Source: Octopus bimaculoides (taxonomy: Eukaryota). Taken from it: a DNA stretch of 64,000 nt. The notes under the pieces were generated by a model, which was not told the DNA's origin, searched no databases, and saw nothing but the letters and a program-made list of their open reading frames with translations. A program made the position numbers and the translations under genes. This document shows, one piece after another, positions 24,130 to 36,870 of this stretch (the first letter of the stretch is position 1; the number at the start of each line of letters is the position of its first letter). Where the stretch lies: contig NC_068987.1 in the NCBI RefSeq assembly GCF_001194135.2, positions 44,250,061-44,314,060 of the forward strand. The letters run 5' to 3'.

Positions 24130-26345
24130 TTCAATGACTGTACGTTATAGCCTGTAATTTTTGAGAAAAATATTTGCTTCTTTCAAAGACGTCGGCATAC
24201 ATTATTGCTGCCAAAATTCTGTTGAGTACAAGAGAACAACAACTTGAAACTATGCTTGACCAATTAAATAAATCTAAAATAGTGTTTAACTGTAAAATAT
24301 TGAGAACTGCAACTTCTTATACAACTAAAAACAAAGCTGACACAGTTGCAGGAATTAAATGGCGAAAATACTCCTTAAGGATTGTGCTCACAATTTTTAT
24401 GCGACAAATATAGCAAACAATGTTGCACAAGAAATCAGGTCAGCTGTCTGCAAACGCTTCCTTGAAACAAAAGAAAAATAGCCATTCTAATAGGTGGGTC
24501 GATTCTCCAAGCAACAAACTTTGAAAGTCATTTTGAAATGTGAAACGAACGAAATGATCCACATTTTATATAGTTGGATTTTCTAGAGTTAAACCAGAAA
24601 CAAAAGCAGAAACAATAAACGAAAACTTGCTTTATGGCCCCGATTATCTTCAAGACAATCTTATTGCAATTAGTAGTGATGGTGCCACTGTGAATCCACG
24701 ATTCATTCAGAAAGTATCCTAAAAATAAGGTTGTTACTAAGTAATGGTGATTGTTACTATTTTGATACGTGATGCATATTTTGGAATAAGCTTTTATTTA
24801 ATTATGTTCATAAAATATATAATATACAATTTTGGTCTTTTGATTTTTGCTCATAGTTTTGATTTTGCTACTCTTTCTTGTTTGTTTGAGGCTTTAAATT
24901 AAATGCAAAAGAACGCAAGAATCGAAAACTACACACATCAACCTAACATTTTGGCCAAGGACCAAATGTTAGTTCAACAATTGTTCCTAAAACATTTCAG
25001 AGTTAAGACGAGAGCCTTGAAGATGAGCAAGAATGTGACTGACACATGACAAACTGGGCGCCATAATTAAAATGGAAATTCGGAAAACAAATCATAAAAT
25101 ACAAAACCAAATATTCAGCATTCAACAGTTGCTCGACATTTTTACCGCATAGTAAAATCAAGAAAGTTCAATAAATCGGTAACGCACGAACTGAATGAAA
25201 ATAAAATCGTTACTACGATGTCTGCTCTTCACTTCTTTTACGATGCAAAGGCTATCCATTTTTTAATAACATAATAACATGGGGCGAAAAATGATCCTAC
25301 GGTATTCGGCATAGTGGGTGGACCGAGATGAATACTTTTCCAAATCGAAACCGCATCAAAAGTTTTGTGGTCAGCGAATGGAACCATCGCTTACTGTTCT
25401 TGAATCCTTACAAAATCATCCTGGCGTAGAAGTTTTTCCAGGAATTCGACAAAATGCGCCAATGACTGCAGCGTGTAAGTTGGAATCGGTCTAATTTTCT
25501 CCATACCACACCCGATCTCGTATCACGTAAAGAACAGCAAACATTTGTGCTCAAAAGTGGTCAATTTTCATCCATAACAACACCCGACTACAAATTCTCG
25601 CCAAATACCCAGCTTACACCCTAGACCTCTCTCTGATCGACTACAAGTTTTTAAAGCAGCTTGATAACTTCCTGCGACTTCTTGAGAATAGCTAAGTAAC
25701 ATGAATTATTCGCTTCGAGGACTCTAGAATTCTATGCTACCGGATTAAAGACTTGTTTCGTATTGATAAAAAAATGTATAGATTTCTAATGTTTATTATT
25801 CCATTTAGCAAAACTATTTTGAGCTGAGATATACGGTTTTATTTTTGGTTGTTGTTAAAACCCTTAATTATTTTTGGCAGCAACGTTATATTATTGCATG
25901 ATGTTGTTTAAATTAACCTTTGGTCAGAAGCAGATAATATTTCTGAAGTAAATGGTATTTATCATTTTAGCTTGCTGACAGGTAAACTGTACTCTTTCTA
26001 TAATCTGTCTTCTAAAAATCAAAAAGGGATTCAAGTGAACAGCAAAGCTCTTTGAACAAAAGAACCAGATAAGTTTCGAACTCCTTGAGAATTGTTTCAA
26101 CAGTTGGGAATAGCCATACAACGTTGTTATCGTTTTGAACATAATAGCAATAGCACTGATAAAAGTGGATTACAAGTTGACCAGTGCACCTTTAGAGGAT
26201 TCCACAAATGCATTCCATCAAAACAGTTTCTCTTTGATCAGCCACTTATATACAATGCATTATCCGAATTATCTCTTCTCTTCTTGATGAGTCCTTACAC
26301 AAAAAGGATATCTCAATAGTTTACGGAGACAAGTTAATTCGTCGC
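24130..26345 (+). mobile_element. Decayed hAT-like transposase split by a mariner insertion (parts at 24130-24720 and 25895-26345)
   Basis: The left part has KIAILI and NLIAISSDGATV (catalytic D-G-A motif). The right part has LYSFYNLSSKNQ and ALSELSLL, motifs that follow SDGA in hAT transposases. Confidence 0.55.
24815..25890 (+). mobile_element. Near-full-length decayed mariner element
   Basis: Remnants DESLED, HELNEN (WVPHEL-like), IITWGEK (IT.DEKW-like) and a YSPDL-like ...LDLSLIDY; the right end taattatttttggcagcaacgttata ends in TA. Confidence 0.8.
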
Positions 26346-26557
26346 AGCATGCAATTTTTGGAAGTAATGAAAGAACAGAATGCTAAAAAAAAAAAGTCAT
26401 AGAAGCAGAGACTGAGAAAGGAAATTAAGTTTGCATCAGTGACACTGACAGCTTGCAAGAGTGTTTCAATCAATCATTGCTAATGTTTAACCAACATATA
26501 CATACATACTCACATATACACACACACGCACGCGCGCACACACACACATGCATGCAA

Positions 26558-26588
<31 letters not shown>

Positions 26589-27229
26589 TGTATACATATA
26601 AACACACACATGACAGAAGTAAATAGACACCCCATAAAACATCGTTTTATGTTTGTTTTAACTTGAAAAGGTTTTTATTGTTTTTTAATTGTCATTTTTA
26701 TGTTTCAGGTTCCATATGTGACTGTTGAATCATGCCACGTACAAAAAAATCGTTGGAACTGTCCGNNNNNNNNNNNNNNNNNNNNNNNNNNNNNNNNNNN
26801 NNNNNNNNNNNNNNNNNNNNNNNNNNNNNNNNNNNNNNNNNNNNNNNNNNNNNNNNNNNNNNNNNNNNNNNNNNNNNNNNNNNNNNNNNNNNNNNNNNNN
26901 NNNNNNNNNNNNNNNNNNNNNNNNNNNNNNNNNNNNNNNNNNNNNNNNNNNNNNNNNNNNNNNNNNNNNNNNNNNNNNNNNNNNNNNNNNNNNNNNNNNN
27001 NNNNNNNNNNNNNNNNNNNNNNNNNNNNNNNNNNNNNNNNNNNNNNNNNNNNNNNNNNNNNNNNNNNNNNNNNNNNNNNNNNNNNNNNNNNNNNNNNNNN
27101 NNNNNNNNNNNNNNNNNNNNNNNNNNNNNNNNNNNNNNNNNNNNNNNNNNNNNNNNNNNNNNNNNNNNNNNNNNNNNNNNNNNNNNNNNNNNNNNNNNNN
27201 NNNNNNNNNNNNNNNNNNNNNNNNNNNNN

Positions 27230-27283
<54 letters not shown>

Positions 27284-28004
27284 GTGTGTGTGCGTGTGTG
27301 CGTGTGTGCGTGTGTGTGTGCGCGCGCGCGTGTAGTCGTGTAGAAGTGTGCGAGTACGGATATGATACCTAGCTATGTTTGACATACATCGGAAAGTTTT
27401 CAATGCTGAGCTACGAATGAGACACTTGTGCAGACTGTGTAGTACGGTTAAAGTGGCAGATAAGCATTTAATATACCTAATTTAAGAAAGAGAAATCTCA
27501 TGTAATCGGTAACACATTTACCTGGAAATTATAAATAGGTCGTATCACGTAAGTGGATCTGTCATATTTTCTGATCTCATATTGCTACTTAAAATGCTTA
27601 GTCATCCACAGCTTTGATTTTTGATTTATGATATTAAACACATCAATCTCAACGGTTTTATCTTTATTTTACTTAAGCTTCCTGGATCAATATTATTTTC
27701 TGATCTCTGTCAAGCAATCATTTCTTACCAGTCTCCATTTTCTCATTGTCATGTAAAATGCCATTCTAACTTTCATTCCTTTTACACATTTTACATACCC
27801 TTGACGTTTTTTAATCCAGTTTTGCTCGACATGACACGAATAAGCTTTATATCACTTGCATGTCTTTGGAACAAGTAATTCTTCCTCGGGATTCTTCCCT
27901 TCATTATTCCATCTAACATTTCTAAATCTATTTTCATGATTTCAATAACATTTTCCATACTCTCAGCAACAGTGACTACTCTGTAATCCATGATTGACGT
28001 TAGT

Positions 28005-28078
<74 letters not shown>

Positions 28079-28299
28079 NNNNNNNNNNNNNNNNNNNNNN
28101 NNNNNNNNNNNNNNNNNNNNNNNNNNNNNNNNNNNNNNNNNNNNNNNNNNNNNNNNNNNNNNNNNNNNNNNNNNNNNNNNNNNNNNNNNNNNNNNNNNNN
28201 NNNNNNNNNNNNNNNNNNNNNNNNNNNNNNNNNNNNNNNNNNNNNNNNNNNNNNNNNNNNNNNNNNNNNNNNNNNNNNNNNNNNNNNNNNNNNNNNNNN

Positions 28300-28510
28300 T
28301 TTGAATCCAAACGTAAAGATGGGCGACATGCTGCTAAGTATTTTGGTCGGCGTACTAACGATCCTGACACCTCGTGCATTGATGAGGATACTGATAATAA
28401 TGTTAATAATCCTTTCTGCTAAAGGCACAAGGCCTAAAGTTTTAGTGGGGGAGGACCAGTCGATTACGTTTTGCCCGGCGAGCTAAGGATTCTGTCAGCT
28501 CACCGCTTTA
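28300..28510 (-). mobile_element. Two partial SINE family B copies separated by a decayed AAT tract
   Basis: gctaagtattttggtcggcgtactaacgatc and aatcctttctgctaaaggcacaaggcc...tctgtcagctcaccgcttt. Confidence 0.75.
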
Positions 28511-28519
28511 ATAATAATA

Positions 28520-29380
28520 GTTGAGAATGTGTGTGCACTGATTAAGAACAGCATGCCTAGTTGGAAAACACGTCTTTTCTATAACAACCAGCACTGAACC
28601 GAGGTAACAATCAAAATAGGTATCTACCAGGGAGACTCTTGTTCACCTCTGTTATTTGTTGTAACCTTGATCTCACCTTCTGTAAGCCTACACAAAGTCA
28701 ACGCGCACTATGAGCTGAGAAAGAATGGACCTTGCCTCAACCACCTTCTCTTCGTGGATGATTTAAAGGTATTCGCAAAAACAGCCTGAAATGGAGAGAC
28801 TGGTTGAGACTGTGCAGATGTGCAGCAAGAATATAGGGATGAAATTCGGTATCTCGAAGAGTGCGATGCTCACTTTGAAAAAGAGCAGATTGTAAGGGCA
28901 TAGAATTGCCAAACGGAGAGGGAATGAAAGACCTGGATGATGATGGGTACAAGTACCTTGGGATCCTGGAGATGGACAATATTTTGCACAGAGAAATGAA
29001 AGACAAGGTCATCACTGCATATTTCAAGCGCCTTAAACTTTTCTTGAAATCAAAACTCAAATCAAGGAACCTTGTGACTGCCATCAATATATAGTGTACC
29101 CATCCTGAAATGGACACGAGTGGAGATTAACCAACTCGATTGCACTACCCGAAAGACGATGACAATGCAAGGTGCCCTCCCTCCTAAGGCGAACATACGC
29201 AGGCTCTACATGAAGAGGTGTAAAGATGGACGTGGGTTGACTAGCGTACGGGAGTGCATCAACAGTGAAAGAAGAAACATGGCAGAATATTTGGTAACGG
29301 GTAAACAAGACCTGCTACAGTATGTTGCTAATGCAGAAGGATTTACCAAAGATGGCCTTGTGAGCAGTAATCAACTATGA
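28520..29380 (+). mobile_element. R4/Dong-type RT fragment, same subfamily as 15990-17195
   Basis: Long near-identical stretches with 16645-17165 (ORF peptides LPNGEGMKDLDDD.YKYLGILEMDNILHREMKDK); continues with TRKTMTMQGALPPKANIRRLY. Confidence 0.9.
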
Positions 29381-30535
29381 ATCCCAAGTCAATTTGCTCG
29401 TTGATACGGTGTATACCTTCAGTGCTGATATCACAATGGAGTTCGGACTGACAAAGTGTGGTGTGTTAGTATTGAAGAGAGGCAAAATCAAATATATGGA
29501 AGGACTAACGATACCGTCGGGGGAGGTTATGACGCAGATAGAAGAGACGGGCTATAAGTACTTGGGGATTTTGGAAATGGATAAATTGATGGAGAAAGAA
29601 ATGGCAGAAAAATTTATGGTGGAGTACTTACGCAGACTGGGACTGATCCTTAAGTCGAAATTAAACGGATGGAATAAGATCGAAGCTATCAATACCTGGG
29701 CGGTTTCACTCCTTAGATATGGATCAGGAGTAATCGCATGGACAGTAGATGAACTAAACAGCTTAGACAGAAAGACAAGGAAATTGCCAACTAGATATGA
29801 GTCACTCTACCCAAAATGTGACACAGAGAGACTGTATGTACCAAGAAAAAGAGGGGGAAGAGGACTTATTGGATGCGAACACAGCATTAGAGCAGAAGAA
29901 AATAATATAGCATGGTATGTAAAAAATGCCACAGAACCGCTATAATTAGAAGTAGGAAGGTCAGGCTTGTGAAGGATGAAAGATTGCAAAGATAAAGCAC
30001 TATACAAGAAATTGAAAACGAATGAAACTGAAAATAGATGGGTAAAGAAAAGAATGCATGGTCAATTTCATAAAGATGTTGAAGAGAAGACAGACAGAGA
30101 AAAAAGATGACTAAAAGTGATTTAAAACCGGGAACGGAGGCTCTAATCTGTGCTGCCCAAGAGCAAGCACTAAGAACAAACTACATAAAATACAGAATAC
30201 ACAACACATCGGAAAGTGATAAGTGCAGAATCTGTGGACAAAACGGTGAAACCGTATGGCATATTACCAGCCAATGTACGTCACTAGCCCAGAAGGAATA
30301 TAAGAGATTCCACGACAATATAGCTAGGCTTATCCATTGGACACTTTGAAACAAGTATGGACTTCACAGAGCAAAAACTTGGTACGACCACAAACCTGAA
30401 GGCATTGTCGAAAATAGAAATGCAAAGATCCTATGGGATTTTATGATTCAGTGCGACCATGAGATTGAGAATAAGAAACCGGACATAGTCTTAATTGAGA
30501 AAGAAAACAAACTATGCTGGATCATAGTTGATCCA
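29380..30535 (+). mobile_element. R4/Dong-type LINE, second lineage (RT C-terminus, CCHC, RLE start)
   Basis: Translated motifs EFGLTKCGVL, LYVPRKRGGRGL, CRICGQNGETVWHITSQC, ILWDFMIQCDH and KPDIVLIEK. Confidence 0.9.
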
Positions 30536-30660
30536 GCATAGTTTGGAACAGCTCGAATACTCCGGAAGGTACTCGAAAAATAAGAGGTGTTACCTTAGTT
30601 CACTGGTAGTGAACAGTTGACACTGTAGTACATCTCCAGCGTTAGAAGCTGTGCAAAGGC

Positions 30661-30725
<65 letters not shown>

Positions 30726-30735
30726 TAATAATAAA
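30661..30735. repeat. (AAT)n array between R4 fragments
   Basis: Directly visible. Confidence 0.95.
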
Positions 30736-30739
30736 ACCA

Positions 30740-31660
30740 CAAAAGTACAGACCTATAGCCTGTCTCCCTACAATCTACAAAGCCTTTACTGCAATAATAT
30801 CGCAGAGATTGAGTAAGCAAAACAAAAAACTGTTTTCAGTATTTAAGGAAGCTGACAAATACAAACAAGAAATCATACTACCTAATCAATACGAAGAAAA
30901 AAAAAAGAAGAAGAAACAACAAAAGCTATAAAACAAATGAAATCCAAACTAAAACTAGAACAGCAACGGACCATGATAAAACGATGGCAAGAAAAGCCCC
31001 TACATGGTAAATACTGGGCTAAACTAAATGCAAAAGAAATAGACAGAGAAAAATCCCAGCAATGGTTGAGAAGCTCAGGACTCAAAGCAGAGACTGAACG
31101 ATTTTTAATTGCTGCACAAGACCAAAGTCTCCCCATCAGAAATTACCAAAAACACATAATGAAAAGAAATATAACAAGTAACTGTAGAATATGTGGAGAT
31201 GGACAAGAAACAATAAATCATATTATCTCTGGCTGCCCAGTCCTGGCTANNNNNNNNNNNNNNNNNNNNNNNNNNNNNNNNNNNNNNNNNNNNNNNNNNN
31301 NNNNNNNNNNNNNNNNNNNNNNNNNNNNNNNNNNNNNNNNNNNNNNNNNNNNNNNNNNNNNNNNNNNNNNNNNNNNNNNNNNNNNNNNNNNNNNNNNNNN
31401 NNAAAACAGAAACAATTCCTATCATAGTAGGCGCCTTAGGTATAATAAAAAAATATTCAGACAAATACATAACAAAAACACCAGGTCTAACAAATATATA
31501 TAACATACAGAAAATTGCACTACTGGGCACTGCACGCATCCTACGCAAAACACTTTCAATACAGTAACCATAAGAGCATCACAGCAAACCACAGCACATA
31601 CCCAAGGCACACAGAGCTGCGCTCGGTAGTGAAGTGAAAGCACGTTATAAAAATAAAAAT
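30740..31660 (+). mobile_element. R4/Dong-type LINE, third lineage, internally deleted, with 3' end
   Basis: Translated motifs YRPIACLPTIYKAF, WQEKPLHGKY, CRICGDGQETINHIISGC and IPIIVGALG...KIALLGTARILRKTL*; 3' UTR ends in an A-rich tail. Spans the N-gap at 31250-31402. Confidence 0.9.
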
Positions 31661-31664
31661 ACTT

Positions 31665-33470
31665 CCTCGAAGATGTACCGAGCCTCATGGCCCTGTATTT
31701 GGAGGGGAGTGCGCTGTACCTCGAAATGGATGAAGAACAGCTGAGCGCGGCGAAGATCGAGCATCGCTTGAGAGAGGCTTACACGGATGGAGAATACGTC
31801 GCTTTTGCTAAGCTGGGAACGATCAGATGGAGAGGAGAACAGGTCGACGAGTACGCTGCGGAAGTACGGAGGTTGGTTATGTTATCCAGTCTTACCAGTG
31901 AGGGACTTGAGAAAGTAGCGCGATTGGCTTTTGTGAACGGCTTTCCTAACGACGTTAGGGGAGCCGGACGAATCGAGACAAGGGGTAGCCGCGGTGTTCC
32001 AGTTAAATGACTCTGAGCTAAGGAGACCGCATGCCATGCATCATATGGGCGTGGNNNNNNNNNNNNNNNNNNNNNNNNNNNNNNNNNNNNNNNNNNNNNN
32101 NNNNNNNNNNNNNNNNNNNNNNNNNNNNNNNNNNNNNNNNNNNNNNNNNNNNNNNNNNNNNNNNNNNNNNNNNNNNNNNNNNNNNNNNNNNNNNNNNNNN
32201 NNNNNNNNNNNNNNNNNNNNNNNNNNNNNNNNNNNNNNNNNNNNNNNNNNNNNNNNNNNNNNNNNNNNNNNNNNNNNNNNNNNNNNNNNNNNNNNNNNNN
32301 NNNNNNNNNNNNNNNNNNNNNNNNNNNNNNNNNNNNNNNNNNNNNNNNNNNNNNNNNNNNNNNNNNNNNNNNNNNNNNNNNNNNNNNNNNNNNNNNNNNN
32401 NNNNNNNNNNNNNNNNNNNNNNNNNNNNNNNNNNNNNNNNNNNNNNNNNNNNNNNNNNNNNNNNNNNNNTCTCTCGATGGGCGATTGTCGGCCGGGCCGG
32501 ATGGCCATTTGAAGGGAATTGAGGACAGGAACTGCGGACGAGATGGTACGTATTCTAAACGAGGTATTCTTAGAGTGGGGCCCTGTGGACGAATTGCTGA
32601 TGGACAACAGCACACCATTTCGTTCAGAGGCGCTGAAAGAGATACTTGACAGGTGGAAAGTGCACCACTTTTTCATAGCGACATACAGGCCGAGGGAAAA
32701 TGGGATCGTGGAGAGACATCATCGAACGATCAAGGCCATGGCGGAGAGGGGACATGTCTCGCCGCCGGAAGCAGTGCTCTGGTACAACATGTTGCCCCGA
32801 TCAGGACAGGCCGAAGAGTCCGTGCCATATAGAGCGATATTCAAATATGAATGGCGACATCCGAGTAAAACATCGGGATGACTTGTAGAAGAGAGAGGGC
32901 TCAACTTCGTAGAGGTGGGAGATGAAATCTGGGTCAACTCAGTGGAACAGAGAAATAGTGACTGCTGTCCATTCCAAAAACAGCATCTCTGTGGATGAAA
33001 TCTGCGTCGTCTTGGATGTTCGTAGGATTGTCGCTTCGTCGGATGATGATTGTGGAGAAGAGGAAGAGAATGAGGTTCCCAATTTAAGAAGATCACAACG
33101 TGCGAGGCGCCCACCCGGGTGGGTGGTAGATTTCGACATGGAGTGAAGTGAGGAGGTGAGTTTTGAGTTCAGGGGGCCGTGTGGAGATGAGCCGGAAGAA
33201 GAGGGCCATGATGTCAATAGTCAAAGGACTGACCGGAAGAGGAAGCGTGAGAAGGGAAGTGCGGGGAGGAGAGGAGAGGGTCGTCCTCTTTTTGCCGGCC
33301 GAGACATTGCAAACAGACGTCAGGGAGTTCGCTCTCGGGTTGGAGATAACAGCTGCTTATTACTGGGTGAAAGGGTAGGGCAACATCGCCGGAGTTACTA
33401 CTACTAGCCGGGTTAGGGACACGAGAGAGAGGAAGGTAAGTGAACCTCTTTTCATTTCCCACGAACGACA
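31665..33470 (+). mobile_element. Gypsy LTR retrotransposon relic: gag piece, integrase, PPT and putative 3' LTR (33180-33470)
   Basis: The integrase core reads ELLMDNSTPF...RENGIVERHHRTIK. A purine tract agggggccg precedes TG at 33180, and the segment ends in CA at 33470. Confidence 0.8.
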
Positions 33471-34920
33471 GAATATTAACAATACAATACTATCACCCCC
33501 AACAAGAACAAGAACAAAGACGACAAAAACAACAGGAACAGCCTCGATTCTGTCGATCCTTCTGCCAGAAATGGCAGTCAAATCACCCTTAAATTACATC
33601 TTACTATATTAGTCAGAAACAAAATCGACTGACTAGCCGCAGCTTGAATGGCTTCAATCATAGGTCTGCACAAACAGGAACAAAACAACAAGACATCCAC
33701 TAGGTGGTCGCTCGACCAGCTGAAAGTAGCAATCAAATCTCTCTGAAATCGAGCCTTACCATTTAACAAAAAGTGGATGAGCTGATTAATGTTATCCGAG
33801 GAACACAATACTTGGAAACAGACCGGAATGGTCGTTGAAGGAATGCATTGAGCAAACATCGTCTCGTTAAGACCTGAGGAATCAAAACAACAACAACAAA
33901 AACACAAAAACAACCACAAGATTAACGCCTCTGGGAACAACGAGAGAAGTAGTACCAACCAGAATATCGCTAATGACAGTAACAATAACAAAAGGAGCGG
34001 TGATAATATTAACAACAATAATTGCCACAATAACACAATAAAGTAAAAATAAGATTGTCATAACTGCATCAGAGTGGCCTTGTTGTATCACCTTTAATAG
34101 AATATAATGCAATAATGGACGAGGTCAATTGAATTATCTTCTGACGTCATTGGTCACGTGATGATCAGCTAATTTACTGTATCAAGAAACCATCCAACAT
34201 TCAGCATCTAAAAACGATGAAGATCGCATACATTCCACACATTGACACGCATATATACATATTCACTCAACCATGCACATACATATGTTGTGCACTCGTA
34301 CACATACAGCTTCGCACACGCGAACACCCACAAACAAACTCAAGCATACGCACACATACAAACATGCGCACACACACATTTGCGCTAACAGGCTGTCTGA
34401 AAGATAACATTTAGTCAAAGACACGTAGTTATATATTATGGCTAGCATACCCGTGTCGTCAAAAATACCGACAATTCTATTAATGATAGAAATACGGTGC
34501 ATCAAAACAATGGGAGAAACTATTGCTAAATGTCAGCTATCGAGTAAATATATGTACTTACACAAAATTGAAGAACTTGAACAAATAGATATAGTTCTGA
34601 TATTTCGATTGAAAATGTTATCGTCCACGTACACTATGTATGTAGGTGGAATATGAAACACACTTTTCCATGCTCACATGAATCAGACAGATTCCCATTG
34701 CTGACCGTCACCTGTTTCCACTTGACTTAATATTTCACCAGGCCCAAAAATGATTATGTGGAAGATTGAAAACGAAGAACACCTCTTGCATTCACTCGCT
34801 TCCAACTATTCTCGACGTCAAAGCAATGAGACGGTAAAACAAACACACACGTACATACATACATATATATCTCCATATTTGTGTGTGTGTGTTTAAATGC
34901 ATATTTATGCATTGCATCAA

Positions 34921-34974
<54 letters not shown>

Positions 34975-35053
34975 TATACACACATATATATATACAAACA
35001 CACACACAAAATAATATGGGTGACTTATTAGCAATTTAACAACCTAAAGGCAA

Positions 35054-35342
35054 ATTAATAGACGTCACTAAAGTGACAGAGGGTACTAATTAGTACTTGT
35101 ATTGGTAGAAATGAGTTAAAACAACTCAATGGCTATAAAGCACTATCTTAATGACTGACAAGGGGAAGTAAGTCCCTAGCAGATATAGCCAAATCGATGA
35201 TTTTGGATTTTGATGCGTATTAGAGGCTTACCTCCCCTTGTCAGTCATTAAGATAGTGCTTTGTGGCTACTAAGTTGTTTTGATTCTTATTTCTATCAAT
35301 ACTGGCACTAATTAGTACCCTCTGTCACTTTAGTGACATCTA

Positions 35343-35347
<5 letters not shown>
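35054..35347. mobile_element. MITE-like fold-back element with about 125-bp inverted arms
   Basis: Arm 35054-35177 is the reverse complement of 35222-35347 with scattered mismatches; TTAA lies on both sides (35055-58, 35343-46). Confidence 0.8.
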
Positions 35348-35385
<38 letters not shown>

Positions 35386-35450
35386 CTATATATACATATA
35401 AAAAATAGATGAATAGTTACCAGGGTAGCAAAAAATCACACAAGTAAAAC

Positions 35451-35470
35451 GGTTAGGGTTAGGGTTAGGG
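35451..35470 (+). repeat. Interstitial telomere-type repeat GG(TTAGGG)3
   Basis: ggttagggttagggttaggg is directly visible. Confidence 0.85.
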
Positions 35471-35699
35471 TAGAAACTCCGGGTTTACGTGAAATATTTT
35501 GTATAATATTATTAACTCAAACACGGTTAGGATTGGTTTTTCCAACACAAAAAATCTCTTACAAATTGTCTCTTCACATAATATTAGCCTGTTAAATAGT
35601 GATACATTTACTAATACTACCATTTATTTAGCTAATACCATCCACCCATCCCCCTAGAAATATTAATAGCAAGGTTATTGTATCTGAAGTCAATTACAA

Positions 35700-36062
35700 C
35701 AGAATCAAGTTTATGTCAAGTAACTCTAAAATTAAAAATTCTATATACCAGTGTAAAATTACTTCTTGTAATGAAGTATTTTTTTTTATATAGGCAGCTC
35801 ATCTTCTCAGTTGTCTAAAAGAATTTCTAATCATTACTCTACCTTTAGGGATAGGAATAAACATAACAATACAGAGCTTAGTAAATTAATTTGGTATCTC
35901 TCAATCTCGATACCTTATGATAAAGGCAAGGAATTCTGTCTTCTCTGTAATTCTGAACTATTTTTTATTCTTTTTTCTAAAAATCCCCTTGTAAACACGG
36001 TTATAGAGCATGCATACCGATGTAAACATTGGCAGAAACACAGCTTTAGTTCATATAAGTGA
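35700..36062 (+). mobile_element. PLE GIY-YIG endonuclease C-terminal fragment (Naiad-like)
   Basis: Translated motifs IYQCKI...YIGS...KRISNHYSTF...TELSKLIWYL...CLLCNSE...CKH. Confidence 0.75.
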
Positions 36063-36144
36063 TATCTATCATTACATATAATTTAAATGTTAGTATTGAA
36101 GGAGAACTTCAGTACTTTATTCCATAAGTGTAAAGACTTAATAC

Positions 36145-36600
36145 ATGCTTTTTATTTCATCGGATCTTGTTCATCTCGGAATGACTGGTAATGTCTGTCT
36201 GAAGTCTCCTGATAAAACTAATGTAAATCCTCCCAGAGATTTATTGTTGCCTCTGATGTCCTGTAAGGTCTTATCAAGAGCTTCCATTGCACCTCTGTGT
36301 AACATGGTGCATTCATTCCAAATGATAAGGTGGCATTGGCAGAACACTTCTGCTGAACCTGAATTTTCGCTTATGTTACATATTGGACTGTCATTTGTGA
36401 CCAGGTTTAGTAGCAATTTAAAAGCAGAATGAGCTTTTCGTTCTCCTGAGAGAATAGTGGCAGCAAAGCCAGACAATGGTACAGCAAGTGCAATTCTTTT
36501 TTGTTACCTTACCTTGGAGAGAAGCAATGTTACAAATGTTTTACCTGTGCCACCAGGAGCATCAAGAAAGAAAATTCCTCTGCTTTTTTCTGGCGATTGT
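36145..36600 (-). mobile_element. Helitron Pif1-family helicase fragment
   Basis: Walker A FFLDAPGGTGKTF, then AHSAFKL, LIIWNECTM and GDFRQTLPVIPR. Confidence 0.9.
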
Positions 36601-36621
36601 GGAACGCCACACACGCGCGCG

Positions 36622-36657
<36 letters not shown>

Positions 36658-36769
36658 TATACACATACAGTATCAAACATCAGATGACATGGATGTGTGT
36701 GAGAGAGAGAGCGAGTGAAGGGGTGTTGTCATGTATACGTACATACATAAATAAATTGGCATTAAAAAT

Positions 36770-36870
36770 GTAATGGGTCGATTTATTCGGCTAAAAATCT
36801 TTCAACGCAGTGCCCCAGCATGGCCGCAGTCTAATAAATGAAACAAGTAAAAGGCTAAAGATAAAATATA
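36770..36870 (+). mobile_element. SINE family A 3' tip
   Basis: gtcgatttattcggctaaa...ccccagcatggccgcagtcta...gaaacaagtaaaag. Confidence 0.7.
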
